A stretch of DNA of 64,000 bases from Verrucomicrobiota bacterium (GTDB lineage Bacteria; Verrucomicrobiota; Verrucomicrobiia; Limisphaerales; AAA164-E04). The translations under genes were made by a program, and so were the position numbers. How positions within the stretch are numbered: the first letter of the stretch is position 1; each line of letters opens with the position of its first letter. Where the stretch lies: assembly GCA_047947115.1 (NCBI GenBank), contig CP170459.1:5856001-5920000 (forward strand), in the 5' to 3' direction. The notes beneath the pieces are model-generated. The model made no database searches, was not told the origin of the DNA, and saw only the letters and a program-made list of their open reading frames with translations. Positions 1 to 10,433 of the stretch are shown one piece after another.

Positions 1-1785
1 CTTTCAGCCGAGAGGCAGATGGAGAAATTGAACCGAGGGATGGTTGCAGTCCCCTTGGAGGATGGTGGTTTTTTTGTGAGTTGGCGATTATTGAAAAGCG
101 ATCCACCCTCAGTCGGGTTCAATGTATATCGAATATCCGATTCCGGGCAACGGACCAAGGTCAACAGATCCCCCATTGTCGGTGCCACCAGCTTATCGGA
201 TACCGATCCACAATCACAAGGCACGGTCAGCTACCAATTGGTTTCCGTCCTGAGCCAAAAAGAAGCAGATTCCCAGTCACAGGCGTCGGTTTGGAAAAAG
301 CCCTATTTGGATATCCCTATTCAACCACTTCCCAACTACCGAATTGGCGATGCATCCGCAGCAGATCTGGATGGCGACGGTGAGCTGGAATTCGTCCTGC
401 ACCAGACATCCAATGCCAAAGACAATTCCCACGAAGGCATCACGGGAAAGCCGATTCTGGATGCCTACGAAATGGATGGCACTCACCTTTGGCGCATTGA
501 CCTGGGGATCAACATTCGTGAGGGAGAACATTACACCCAATTCATGGTTTACGATCTGGACGGCGACGGCAAAGCGGAACTTGCTTGCAAAACCGCCGAT
601 GGCACCGTGGATGGAACAGGCAAGATTATTGGCGACAACAGCAAAGATTATCGGGTTCACGATCCCGTTTCAAAAATGTTTGGCCGCATTCTTAATGGTC
701 CTGAATACTTTACAATCTTCAGTGGAGAAACCGGCGAGGCGCTGAAAACAGTCGATTATGTTCCAAACCGATACCCCATTGATGGCTGGGGAGGCATCGG
801 CGGTAATGGTAACAACGATGACTACGGCAATCGATGCGATCGATTCCTGGCCTGCATCGCCTATCTGGATGGAGAACGCCCCAGCGTGGTCATGTGCCGA
901 GGCGTCTACGGACGTATCGTGATGGCGGCCTGGGACTGGCGAAACGGAGAGTTAAGTCAACGATGGATCTTTGATTCGGGCATTTCCTATCCCCCCTTTG
1001 AAAACGCCTCGCCTTTTTCGGGCATGGGAGGTCACTCATTGAGCGTCGGCGACGTCGACCAGGATGGAAGAGATGAAATCGTATATCAGGGCATGACCGT
1101 GGATGACGACGGCACAGGACTCTACACGACCGGACGGCGACATGGAGATTCCATGCACCTGAGCGATTTTTACCCCGACCGCCCCGGACTTGAAATGTTC
1201 CTGATTACCGAAAACGAAGGTCACACAGTCCGGTTTCAAACTCCGGGAGCCGGCGTGCACGATGCACGCACCGGAGAAATAATCTGGAGTCACAGTCCTG
1301 GCGTGGACGTCGGATCAGGCATGGCCTCGGACATCGATCCGAGACATCCCGGTTATGAGGTATGGGGAGGACCGGGGGGATTGAGGAATCATCTAGGAGA
1401 AGACATCGGTCCCGCACCGAGGTACAGCCGTTGGGTCATCTGGTGGGACGGAGACCTGTTGCGAGAAATCACCGGACGACGGGACATTCACAAATGGAAC
1501 TGGGAAACCAGAACCACCGAACGCATCGCTACCATCGAAACCAGCAGCTACCTCGAACGCCCCAGCCTCTCGGGCGACATCCTGGGAGACTGGCGCGAAG
1601 AACTCCTCGTAGCCGCACCGGATCAACAATCACTCCGCCTCTACACTACCACCATTCCAACGCAACATCGCATTGTCACCCTGCTTCAGGACCCCCAATA
1701 CCGCCTCGCCATCGCCTGGCAAAACGTCGTTTACAACAAACCGCCCCACCCTGGTTTTTTCTTGGGTCACGGGATGAAGAAGTAA
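1..1785 (+). CDS. Rhamnogalacturonan lyase, PL11 (YesW/YesX family), 5' end probably outside window
   Basis: Frame is open from base 1 (LSAERQMEKLNRG); SWRLL..D GFNVYR, NIREGEHYTQFMVYDLDGDGKAE, GDILGDWREE and YRLAIAWQNVVYNKPPH motifs. Confidence 0.9.
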   Translation, partial: LSAERQMEKLNRGMVAVPLEDGGFFVSWRLLKSDPPSVGFNVYRISDSGQRTKVNRSPIVGATSLSDTDPQSQGTVSYQLVSVLSQKEADSQSQASVWKKPYLDIPIQPLPNYRIGDASAADLDGDGELEFVLHQTSNAKDNSHEGITGKPILDAYEMDGTHLWRIDLGINIREGEHYTQFMVYDLDGDGKAELACKTADGTVDGTGKIIGDNSKDYRVHDPVSKMFGRILNGPEYFTIFSGETGEALKTVDYVPNRYPIDGWGGIGGNGNNDDYGNRCDRFLACIAYLDGERPSVVMCRGVYGRIVMAAWDWRNGELSQRWIFDSGISYPPFENASPFSGMGGHSLSVGDVDQDGRDEIVYQGMTVDDDGTGLYTTGRRHGDSMHLSDFYPDRPGLEMFLITENEGHTVRFQTPGAGVHDARTGEIIWSHSPGVDVGSGMASDIDPRHPGYEVWGGPGGLRNHLGEDIGPAPRYSRWVIWWDGDLLREITGRRDIHKWNWETRTTERIATIETSSYLERPSLSGDILGDWREELLVAAPDQQSLRLYTTTIPTQHRIVTLLQDPQYRLAIAWQNVVYNKPPHPGFFLGHGMKK

Positions 1786-1937
1786 TTCTGTCAATCGACC
1801 TCCAAAATCCGGCATTTTGGATTTTCAAGCATATCGAAGAAACAATCCAATCATTCGCTTATGATTGAATTTTCTACCAACAACCCTCATGATGTCCTCC
1901 ATCACCTGAAGATGAAATCACATCGCATTGGAAAGAC

Positions 1938-2786
1938 ATGAAATTACTAAGATTTGGCGAAGCAGGAAACGAAAAACCCGGGATACTTGATAGCGAAGGA
2001 AATATACGTTCCTTGGAACGGGTCATTTATGATTTGAGTGGAGATGCTTTGACATCCTCCAGTCTTGAAAAGTTAAAAACCGTTGATCCTTCAAAACTTC
2101 CGTTAGTGGAAGGCGAACCCCGCATCGGCGCTTGCGTCGGCAATGTTGGAAAGTTCTTGTGCATCGGCTTGAATTACAGTGACCACGCGGAAGAATCGGG
2201 AATGGAAGTTCCGGCTGAACCCGTGTTGTTCATGAAAGCGACCTCGGCAGTCTGTGGCCCTTTCGATGACGTGCTGATTCCACCCGGGTCTGAGAAGACG
2301 GATTGGGAAGTGGAACTGGGCATCATCATCGGAGACCGAGCCAAACATGTTTCAGAAGAAAATGCCCTGAACCATGTCGCCGGTTACTGCGTGATCAACG
2401 ACCTCTCCGAACGTGCCTACCAGTTGGAGCGCTGCGGTCAATGGGTGAAAGGCAAGAGCTACGACACTTTTGCCCCCATGGGACCTTGGTTGGTGACACG
2501 TGATGAAGTTCCAGACCCCGGCAATCTATCACTCTGGTTGGAAGTCGACGGGCATCGTTACCAGAACGGCACGACCCAGAAGATGGTTTTCGGAGTGGCC
2601 AAACTGGTGTCCTATTTGAGCGCTTTCATGACTTTGAACCCGGGCGATGTCATTTCTACCGGAACGCCTCCCGGAGTCGGGCTCGGACAAAAACCTCCGA
2701 CTTATTTGAGACCAGGACAAACCATGCGTTTATCGGTGGAAGGTCTGGGAGAACAGCAACAGACCACCAAAGCTGATACCATTTAA
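1938..2786 (+). CDS. Fumarylacetoacetate hydrolase family protein
   Basis: CIGLNYSDH, DWEVELG, NDLSER, KGKSYDTF and STGTPPGVG motifs. Confidence 0.92.
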   Translation: MKLLRFGEAGNEKPGILDSEGNIRSLERVIYDLSGDALTSSSLEKLKTVDPSKLPLVEGEPRIGACVGNVGKFLCIGLNYSDHAEESGMEVPAEPVLFMKATSAVCGPFDDVLIPPGSEKTDWEVELGIIIGDRAKHVSEENALNHVAGYCVINDLSERAYQLERCGQWVKGKSYDTFAPMGPWLVTRDEVPDPGNLSLWLEVDGHRYQNGTTQKMVFGVAKLVSYLSAFMTLNPGDVISTGTPPGVGLGQKPPTYLRPGQTMRLSVEGLGEQQQTTKADTI

Positions 2787-2833
2787 CACTGTCCAAACCC
2801 AAACAACCACCTGCGTTGGGATCCCAACTGACC

Positions 2834-4189
2834 ATGAACCCGTTGAACAAACCACCCCAAACCCGTCGACGCTTTTTGAAGCAGGCGGCGGGAATAGCCG
2901 TTTCACCTTCCATCCTGCCCCTCCGCATATTGGGAGCGAAAGAAAACACCGCACCATCCAGTCGGCTGAACGTGGGTGTCATTGGTGTGGGTGGGCGTGG
3001 TTTTGCCCTGATGCAGGAGTTCTTGAAACAGGACGATGTGCAGGTCACGGCCTTGTGTGATGTGGACCGCGAACATTACCGGTCCAATGACTGGGGCAAG
3101 GGACGCGCCTTTGGATTGGAACCGGCGCAGCGCAACTTGGAAAAGCATTACGCGGAACAAAACGGCAAATCGTCCTATCAAGGTTGTTTCGTGACCAAAG
3201 ATTATCGTGAACTTTGCCAACGCGATGACGTGGATGCAGTGATCGTCGCCACTCCCGATCATTGGCACTATCACCAGGTCATGGAAGCTTTGAGTTGTGG
3301 CAAGGATGTTTATTGCGAAAAACCGATTACGCATACCTTCATGGAAGGAAAGATCCTTTACCGTGAAGTCCTCCGAAGAAAAGCCATCTTTCAAACAGGA
3401 TCCCAACAGCGTTCCACCGCCAACTTCCATAAGGCGGTGGAACTCGTACGCAACGGGCACATCGGCCGCATTCAGAAAGTTGAAGTGGGATTGCCTCCCG
3501 GTTATACCGATCCCAAGGTTTCAACGGACATTGAACCGCCCCCATCAGGACTCGATTACGATCTGTGGACCGGCCCCGCCCCCCTGCTCCCCTACATGAG
3601 AGCGCGAAACCATCAGTTATGGCGGGGCCATTTGGCCTATGGTGGAGGCAACATCATGGACTGGATCGGTCATCACAACGACATCGCTCATTGGGGCGCT
3701 GCGATGGATGATACGGGTCCTCTGGAAGTGGAAGCTGTCAACTGGACCGAATCCGAAACGGACGTTTACAATACACCGGTCGAATATGAAATACGGTGTA
3801 TTTACCCTGGAAACATTGACTGGATCATTTCATCCAAACTTCAGATGGGATCCAAATGGATCGGGGAACAAGGATGGATCTATGTCAACCGGGGCAAACT
3901 CGATGCATCCGACAAGCGTTGGGTAGCCAAGGATTTTAATCCCGGCCCCACACGGGTGTTTCGTTCGGTAAACCATGTGCGCAACTTCATTGACGGGGTG
4001 CGTGAGCGAAGAGAATGCATCGCCTCGGCGGAAACCGCTCATCGTTCGATCACGCCGGGGCATTTGGGTTATGTATCACATCGGCTTGGACGCAAATTGA
4101 CATTCGATGCCCGCACAGAACGGGTGTTGAACGACAACGAAGCCAATCAACTGCTTGACGGCGGCTATCGAAAACCCTGGAAAATTTAG
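2834..4189 (+). CDS. Gfo/Idh/MocA family oxidoreductase, Tat-exported
   Basis: TRRRFLK twin-arginine signal, GVIGVGGRG, ATPDHWH, YCEKP. Confidence 0.9.
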   Translation: MNPLNKPPQTRRRFLKQAAGIAVSPSILPLRILGAKENTAPSSRLNVGVIGVGGRGFALMQEFLKQDDVQVTALCDVDREHYRSNDWGKGRAFGLEPAQRNLEKHYAEQNGKSSYQGCFVTKDYRELCQRDDVDAVIVATPDHWHYHQVMEALSCGKDVYCEKPITHTFMEGKILYREVLRRKAIFQTGSQQRSTANFHKAVELVRNGHIGRIQKVEVGLPPGYTDPKVSTDIEPPPSGLDYDLWTGPAPLLPYMRARNHQLWRGHLAYGGGNIMDWIGHHNDIAHWGAAMDDTGPLEVEAVNWTESETDVYNTPVEYEIRCIYPGNIDWIISSKLQMGSKWIGEQGWIYVNRGKLDASDKRWVAKDFNPGPTRVFRSVNHVRNFIDGVRERRECIASAETAHRSITPGHLGYVSHRLGRKLTFDARTERVLNDNEANQLLDGGYRKPWKI

Positions 4190-4207
4190 TTCCTGAATTT
4201 CAGATTC

Positions 4208-5401
4208 ATGAATCCGGATCAAGCGAGCAAGGTGTCAGGCGCATCTTTTGAACGAGCCATCGCACTCTTTCGCACTCAATTTCAGGCAGAACCCCGTTGG
4301 GTATCGCATGCCCCCGGCCGAGTCAACCTCATTGGTGAGCACATCGATTACAATGACGGTTTTGTTCTGCCGGCGGCAATTGACAGGCGACTGAGCATCG
4401 CCGCACGCCCCACTGCATCTGAGAAGATCCGTATCTTTTCGGAGCAAGAAGACAGCATCGAAACATTCGATTTAAAACAGCCGTTTCAAGCGCGGAAGAA
4501 TTGGACCGATTATATCACCGGGGTCTTTTGGGAGTGGATCAAGCGGAACGCCACACCATGTGGCCTCGAACTATGCATCGCTTCGGATGTTCCGCTTGGC
4601 GCCGGTTTGAGCAGCAGCGCCGCTTTGGAAGTGGCCACCGCCACACTTCTTGAGGACGCCTGGCATCTTGCATTGTCTCCGACAGAAAAGGCGCTGGCGT
4701 GTCAGTCGGTCGAAGCAAATTACGTCGGAATGCCCTGTGGCATCATGGATCAGTTCATTGTCAGCCTTGGCAAAAAGGATCATCTTTTACTGATAGATTG
4801 CCAAACCAACACGCATGAACTTGTTCCGACGAGAGGGGCATTCCCCACTCTGCTCATCATAAATTCCAACGTGCGCCATGCGCTGACCGATGGCGGCTAC
4901 GCGGCCCGTCGCAGGCAATGCGATGAAGCTTTGGCAGTGATCGGCGAAAGGTCCTGGCGCAATGTGACTCTGGAAGCCCTGGAGAAAAACAAAAGCGAGC
5001 TATCAAAAGTCCATTACCAGAGAGCGCGGCATGTGGTTTCGGAAATCGATCGAACCCAACAAGCCGTCAAAGCCATTCAGGAACGCAACATGGAGCAACT
5101 TGGAAAACTCCTTTACACCAGCCACGATTCTTTACGTCATGATTATGATGTTTCCTGTGTTGAATTGGATTGGATCATTGATCGCCTGCAATCACTGGGA
5201 ACATGCGCCGGCATCTGGGGGGGACGCATCACCGGTGGTGGTTTTGGGGGATGCGCAGTGGCTCTGGTGGAGCCAGATGCCGTATCAACCGCCAGAGACC
5301 ACATCCAAGCGGCCTACCATGAAACGTTCGGCATCCAGCCCGACTTCTTCATCACGCATCCATCCGGCGGATGCGAATGTGTCAATGTGGACATCCCTTG
5401 A
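4208..5401 (+). CDS. galK: Galactokinase
   Basis: APGRVNLIGEHIDYNDG, PLGAGLSSSAA, CGIMDQ, GGGFGGC GHMP motifs. Confidence 0.95.
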   Translation: MNPDQASKVSGASFERAIALFRTQFQAEPRWVSHAPGRVNLIGEHIDYNDGFVLPAAIDRRLSIAARPTASEKIRIFSEQEDSIETFDLKQPFQARKNWTDYITGVFWEWIKRNATPCGLELCIASDVPLGAGLSSSAALEVATATLLEDAWHLALSPTEKALACQSVEANYVGMPCGIMDQFIVSLGKKDHLLLIDCQTNTHELVPTRGAFPTLLIINSNVRHALTDGGYAARRRQCDEALAVIGERSWRNVTLEALEKNKSELSKVHYQRARHVVSEIDRTQQAVKAIQERNMEQLGKLLYTSHDSLRHDYDVSCVELDWIIDRLQSLGTCAGIWGGRITGGGFGGCAVALVEPDAVSTARDHIQAAYHETFGIQPDFFITHPSGGCECVNVDIP

Positions 5402-5415
5402 AAAAAGTTTGCCTG

Positions 5416-7416
5416 TCAAAGGTTCAACAACTGAAGCAAGGCGGCGTCCTTCTCGGGGCCGTCATGAAAATCGAGGGCTCGAAAATATCTCGGCTTTTCA
5501 CTTTCCTCGGTTTTATCGTCCTTGATCAACTGTACCAGCAATCCGGGAGCAGCTTTGCTACGGCTGCGCCAGATGATGTCCCTGCCCGCCGGCGTATTCC
5601 ATTGATCGCCGACCTGGTTCAACCAGGCCTGGAAATAGGCGTCTTCATTACCTTGAGCGCCGATCCCCAGTGCTTCCAGATACCATCGGTCCTTTCCATC
5701 ATGCTGAAGAGCCAGCCTGGCCCACAGATCAGGGGCGTCTTCTGATTTCGAGTAACGAAGAGCAATGGCGCACTCGCGACGCACCACTGGGGAACTGTCC
5801 TGGTTCAATCGTGTTACCAGATCTATGACCTGCGCATTCTGGCTGCGAGCAATGCGAAGCGCCAGCGCGCGGATATTGGGATCCTGATCGGCAAGGGCTC
5901 GCAGCAGGTAATCCTGAGGCTTATCCTTGATCCGGGCGAGCAAATGGAGCGCGCGCGCTCTCAGACGAGGTTGGCTGCTCTGCCATAACTGGAGTAATTC
6001 TGGTTCCGCTTTAGCCTGCATGTCGGAAAGTCGTGTCCAAGCCAAATATCGGATGGCAAGATTGGGCGATTTCAATGCTTCCACGCAATCCTTGGGGGAA
6101 TTGAGACTAGGAGCGCTCACGGCATATTTTGAAGCACCGATTGGTGCGACACGATAGATGCGGCCACTGAGGGTATCCAGCTTCTGATCAGCCATGTGGT
6201 GACCGCCGACTCCGGCATCATTCCAATCCGAAATCATCAATGAACCATCGGGAGCCACCCCGACATCTGAAGGTCGATACCAGGTGTCTTCGGAAGTCAA
6301 AAGGTCTTTGATCTCCGCTTTGTAACCCGCTCCGTCCGGCGAAGCCACATAGGCACGCACGGTGCGAGGACCCGCATCACAGTGGATGACCTGGTTATGA
6401 AACACCTCAGGCAACAAGTGCCCTTCATAAACGGTCATACCAGTCGGCGAACCGGCACCCGTCTGCAACAAGTTTGGTACAACCCCCGGATCGTTCAAAT
6501 GCCAGTGCCGCAGCGGCACTTCGGTTTCCATGTTGGTACGATCTTCCTGCCAGCCTTTGCCGGTCAATTCATCACGGTAGCCATAGTTTCCGTATTCCAT
6601 GACGTAATTGATGCGCACACCACGGTTGCCATCGTCATCATTGTCCGACTGCCAGAGGGTGCCGAACGAATCAACCGCCACTTCATAGTTGTTGCGAAAA
6701 TTGTGCCCCAAAACTTCAAACTGACTTCCATCCATGTTACAGCGAAACACCATGCCCTGTCGGTAAGGCTTGCCTCCACCGGTTACGGGTCGTTCCAGAA
6801 GATCCGTGACCGGACTTCCGTTAGCGTGGTAGATCTGCGAACCACTGTTGCCAAAGTTGAAATACAGTTTTCCGTCCGGACCAAACACTGTGGCATGCAC
6901 ACCATGATCGTGGTCGGTTCCTCCGATACCGGTAAAGAGCACTTCCTTTTTGTCCGCTTTGTCGTCGCCGTCCGTATCGGTGAACAGGAACACATTAGGA
7001 GAACATGCCACGATCACCCTGTTACCCAGCACGCAAATACCCAGCGCGGCATTGACATCATTGCCCTGATAGAAAACGGTGCTCTTATCGGCTTTACCAT
7101 CCTGGTCGGTATCTTCCAGAATAACAATGCGATCTCCTTCGGGGCGCAGTTTACCCCAGGATTGCCAGAGCCGGTAATTGGCTCCCTCCGTAACCCATAC
7201 GCGTCCACGGGCATCGATGTCGAGGTTAGTTGGATTTACCACCATCGGTTCGGAAGCGAAAAGCTGAACCTGCAGGCCCTCGGCAACTTTCAGATGTGAC
7301 AATTGTGCCATGGCTGCATCCGGACCGCTTCCCTGTGGATTCTGAGCGAACAACGAATGAACAAACAAAAGCCCCAGCGCGATTGATGTCGACCGTGAAA
7401 AAGGAGATGTTTTCAT
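5416..7416 (-). CDS. PVC-type putative membrane-bound dehydrogenase (beta-propeller plus HEAT repeats), no CxxCH domain
   Basis: Signal peptide; LFASEPMVVNP..IDARGRVWV, DTDQDGKADK, HNFRNNYE; HEAT-like C-terminus. Confidence 0.82.
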   Translation of the reverse strand: MKTSPFSRSTSIALGLLFVHSLFAQNPQGSGPDAAMAQLSHLKVAEGLQVQLFASEPMVVNPTNLDIDARGRVWVTEGANYRLWQSWGKLRPEGDRIVILEDTDQDGKADKSTVFYQGNDVNAALGICVLGNRVIVACSPNVFLFTDTDGDDKADKKEVLFTGIGGTDHDHGVHATVFGPDGKLYFNFGNSGSQIYHANGSPVTDLLERPVTGGGKPYRQGMVFRCNMDGSQFEVLGHNFRNNYEVAVDSFGTLWQSDNDDDGNRGVRINYVMEYGNYGYRDELTGKGWQEDRTNMETEVPLRHWHLNDPGVVPNLLQTGAGSPTGMTVYEGHLLPEVFHNQVIHCDAGPRTVRAYVASPDGAGYKAEIKDLLTSEDTWYRPSDVGVAPDGSLMISDWNDAGVGGHHMADQKLDTLSGRIYRVAPIGASKYAVSAPSLNSPKDCVEALKSPNLAIRYLAWTRLSDMQAKAEPELLQLWQSSQPRLRARALHLLARIKDKPQDYLLRALADQDPNIRALALRIARSQNAQVIDLVTRLNQDSSPVVRRECAIALRYSKSEDAPDLWARLALQHDGKDRWYLEALGIGAQGNEDAYFQAWLNQVGDQWNTPAGRDIIWRSRSKAAPGLLVQLIKDDKTEESEKPRYFRALDFHDGPEKDAALLQLLNL

Positions 7417-7497
7417 ATCCAAAAAGAATTGGGCTCACGTTGAACATGAGCCCTGCTTGACCTTGTTATATTGTTTGACTTTGTTCCTATCGAACAA

Positions 7498-8370
7498 TCA
7501 TTTGCCTTTGGGATCCAGGTTTTGTTTCAAATCATCTTCAGAGACAAACGAAACAACCCCTTGAGGTGGCACCTCGACTTTGGCGATCCAGAGCAAGGCA
7601 TTCAAGACAACTTTACGAAAGTTGTCGTTTCCCCAGTTGACATGCCGGTGACCTCCGGTGAATCCAAATCCTCGGCCGCCATCGGGACGTTCTCTCACCC
7701 ACATCATGACTTCGGTTCTGCCCTTGTCCTCCATGATGTGCGGATAAGGCCCTTTGGGCCACACATAAGGACCTTCACGCACATCATCCGAAGGCTTTGC
7801 ACTCAGGATGGGTTTGATACCGTCCATGTCCTTGCGCCAACGCATGTTGAAATACCATTCATCCAGGATTTGAAAAGGTTTGACACCACGTGTGACAGGG
7901 TGATCTGGAAATTCGGAGAAATCCGGTTCCCACATGGGATTCACGCTGTATTGGTGTTCGTAATGCCCACCAATCCACCGATGCAAGGCCGAGCCCGGAT
8001 CGCCTTTGGGCACTTCAACTCCGTAGTGAGCGCAACCGATGCCCACACCTTTTTTGGATAATCGGTCAAGGAGTTGCATGCGCTCGCCCTGAATCGCTGG
8101 ATGGCCATTGCCACCATCAGCATAGATCAAGATGGCATCAGCGGAATTCAACACGGCTTCATCCTTGGGCCATCCCATGTTGTAAACCTCAACATCCACT
8201 CCCGGAACATTCGAAAGGCATTTCTGCATCAGCAGACAGCCGGCATTGAATTCATGATCACCGGGCCCATGACTTGGGCGACCGGCCAGCAGGATGATTT
8301 TTTTGGCGTCAGCTGCCAGGAGACCGGCGGACAGCAAGGCCAGGCATATGGACAAAAATGTGCGCTTCAT
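7498..8370 (-). CDS. ThuA-like (trehalose utilisation) domain protein
   Basis: Signal peptide; AGRPSHGPGDHE, HPVTRGV..DEWYFNM, GGRGFGFTGGH.H.NW. Confidence 0.85.
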   Translation of the reverse strand: MKRTFLSICLALLSAGLLAADAKKIILLAGRPSHGPGDHEFNAGCLLMQKCLSNVPGVDVEVYNMGWPKDEAVLNSADAILIYADGGNGHPAIQGERMQLLDRLSKKGVGIGCAHYGVEVPKGDPGSALHRWIGGHYEHQYSVNPMWEPDFSEFPDHPVTRGVKPFQILDEWYFNMRWRKDMDGIKPILSAKPSDDVREGPYVWPKGPYPHIMEDKGRTEVMMWVRERPDGGRGFGFTGGHRHVNWGNDNFRKVVLNALLWIAKVEVPPQGVVSFVSEDDLKQNLDPKGK

Positions 8371-8376
8371 TGGATT

Positions 8377-9342
8377 TTATTTCACCCCTTGTACAGGGCT
8401 GATGAAAGGTTGCTGTTTCTGGGTTTCTCGAAGGATGTCGATGGGGCTTTTTCCACGCTTTTGATCCAGGTTGGTCAGGATTTGAGCATCTGTCAAGGCC
8501 ACGTCGACACCGTGTTCTGGTACTTCTGCATGGGCCAACCAGAGCACTGCATTAAGAATGGTTTTGCGGAAATCCGGGTTCCTCCAGTTCAAATGATTGT
8601 GCAGACCGGTGAATCCGAATCCACGACCACCATTTGGACGTTCGAAGGCCCAGGCCACATGCTGCGGCAAACCCTTTGTCACTGCTTCACGCACAGCGGG
8701 ATTACCGCTGTGAGGACCGTCCTGCCGTTCCATCGTTTTTTCTGGAGCCACCGCTGATAAAATAGGGGTCACACCCTTCATACCTTCCGGAAACCTCATG
8801 TGAAAATACCATTCATCATTGACCGCAAACGGTTTGACACCATTGGCGATCGGATGATCCGGAAACGTTTTGAATTCAGCCGTCCAATGGGGATTGACGG
8901 ACCAATGCGTTTCAAAATACCCACCCATCCACTGAAGAAACTCAGCTCCACCCTTGTCTTTGGGAACCTCGACACCGTAATGCAGACAACCGAATCCGGC
9001 CCCGTTATCCATGACTTTTTGCAACTGCTCCAGACGACCTTCCTGAATGGCCAGATGACGATCTCCGCCCGTGCAGAAAATGATCACGGCATCCGCACCA
9101 TCCAAAGCTTTGGGATCATTTGGCCAACCACCGGTATGGACCTGGACATCCAAACCTTCGATGTCCTTCAGGCAGTATTCAATCAGCATGCACCCGGCCT
9201 TATGTTCGTGCTGAAGCACGCCATGGGAGGGAGGTCCGGCAATGAGCACAACCTTTTTTGCATCGGCATGGAGTCCGGTCATCAGTGAGGCGCCCATGAC
9301 AGCGGCCAAAAAGAAGGATGAAAGAAAACGCGAGATTCTCAT
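8377..9342 (-). CDS. ThuA-like domain protein (tandem paralog)
   Basis: Same motif set as the neighbour: AGPPSHG..HEH, DEWYFHM, GGRGFGFTGLH.H.NW. Confidence 0.85.
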   Translation of the reverse strand: MRISRFLSSFFLAAVMGASLMTGLHADAKKVVLIAGPPSHGVLQHEHKAGCMLIEYCLKDIEGLDVQVHTGGWPNDPKALDGADAVIIFCTGGDRHLAIQEGRLEQLQKVMDNGAGFGCLHYGVEVPKDKGGAEFLQWMGGYFETHWSVNPHWTAEFKTFPDHPIANGVKPFAVNDEWYFHMRFPEGMKGVTPILSAVAPEKTMERQDGPHSGNPAVREAVTKGLPQHVAWAFERPNGGRGFGFTGLHNHLNWRNPDFRKTILNAVLWLAHAEVPEHGVDVALTDAQILTNLDQKRGKSPIDILRETQKQQPFISPVQGVK

Positions 9343-9370
9343 GTGTTATCGAGGGTTTAACAAGGTCTAC

Positions 9371-10381
9371 TTACTGTTTGCGCATTCCGGTCCATTTCAT
9401 ACTCAGCGAATCGTTGAAACTCACTTCACCGGCCAAGGTTCCATCGAGCTGGTGATGGCCCCTGTAATGAGCGACGACATTCTGGCCTTGATATTCACCG
9501 GAAACTGAAAATTTTAAGGAATCTCCGTTCACGGTTCCCTGCACAGACTGTTTGCCCAGCAGCCCTTGGTATTGACCCGCCAGATGGGTCCCCTCTTGTT
9601 CAAAGAAGAAGACTGGTGTTCCGACACCTTGGTCTGAATACACTTTAACATCCCAGACGCCACCCACTTCGACAGGGTTGATTTTTCGGATTTTAATATC
9701 ACGAAACTGAACCGTCATGGGAGGTCCGGCATGCAATTGAAGGGCAAGAATTCCGGAACTCACACGGTTCTCAATGTCATTGTCGACCACGATGGCCGTG
9801 ACACGACCGTTGATCATGTGCACGAACCGGTTTTCATGAGCGATGATTTTGTAGTCGTTCCAATCTTCTTTTTTGATGTTGGCCTGAATATCTGCTGACT
9901 CACCCAGGGAACCCATGACTTCGATTTCGGGTTTCTTTTCACCGGGAAGGATTTGGGTAAATTGCCCTCGTTGAGCCAGGATGCCTCTTCCCTTTTCTTC
10001 GTAGAGAATGCCGGAGTAGGTATTTCCGGCCTCAAAGTCACCTTGGTAACCGCCTACAACCCAGTTTCCGAGGTCTTTACTGCGGTATTGAATGCCGGAG
10101 TTCCCGTTGATGATTTTGTATTGAAGGCGCAGTTCAAAATCTCCCACTGTGCCACCACGCCAGATGATAAAAGTATTGCCGCGTGTAGGGTTTTCTGCGG
10201 TCGTTTGCCCGGTGATGGCTCCGTCCCTTACGGACCAGAACTTGGGATTCCCATCCCACCCTTCAAGATCCTTGCCATTGAACAAGGAGACAAATCCATC
10301 GGTATCGGCAGCTGTTGCCTGAAAAGTCAAACCTGCCAGCAAAGCGGCAGCCGCTAAAGTTGAGCGCAAAGAGGTTTTCAT
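9371..10381 (-). CDS. DUF1080 / 3-keto-disaccharide hydrolase family protein with C-terminal beta domain
   Basis: SLFNGKDLEGW, DFELRL, GNSGIQYRS, WNDYKI, LALQLH, FRDIKI. Confidence 0.9.
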   Translation of the reverse strand: MKTSLRSTLAAAALLAGLTFQATAADTDGFVSLFNGKDLEGWDGNPKFWSVRDGAITGQTTAENPTRGNTFIIWRGGTVGDFELRLQYKIINGNSGIQYRSKDLGNWVVGGYQGDFEAGNTYSGILYEEKGRGILAQRGQFTQILPGEKKPEIEVMGSLGESADIQANIKKEDWNDYKIIAHENRFVHMINGRVTAIVVDNDIENRVSSGILALQLHAGPPMTVQFRDIKIRKINPVEVGGVWDVKVYSDQGVGTPVFFFEQEGTHLAGQYQGLLGKQSVQGTVNGDSLKFSVSGEYQGQNVVAHYRGHHQLDGTLAGEVSFNDSLSMKWTGMRKQ

Positions 10382-10384
10382 GGT

Positions 10385-10413
10385 AAAAAAATTCGGCCGG
10401 GATTTCCGGCCGA
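10385..10413 (-). terminator. Terminator-like hairpin between the epimerase and DUF1080 genes
   Basis: Minus strand TCGGCCGG-aaatc-CCGGCCGA followed by a T7 run. Confidence 0.5.
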
Positions 10414-10433
10414 TGGTTTGTTAAAGATGAGAT

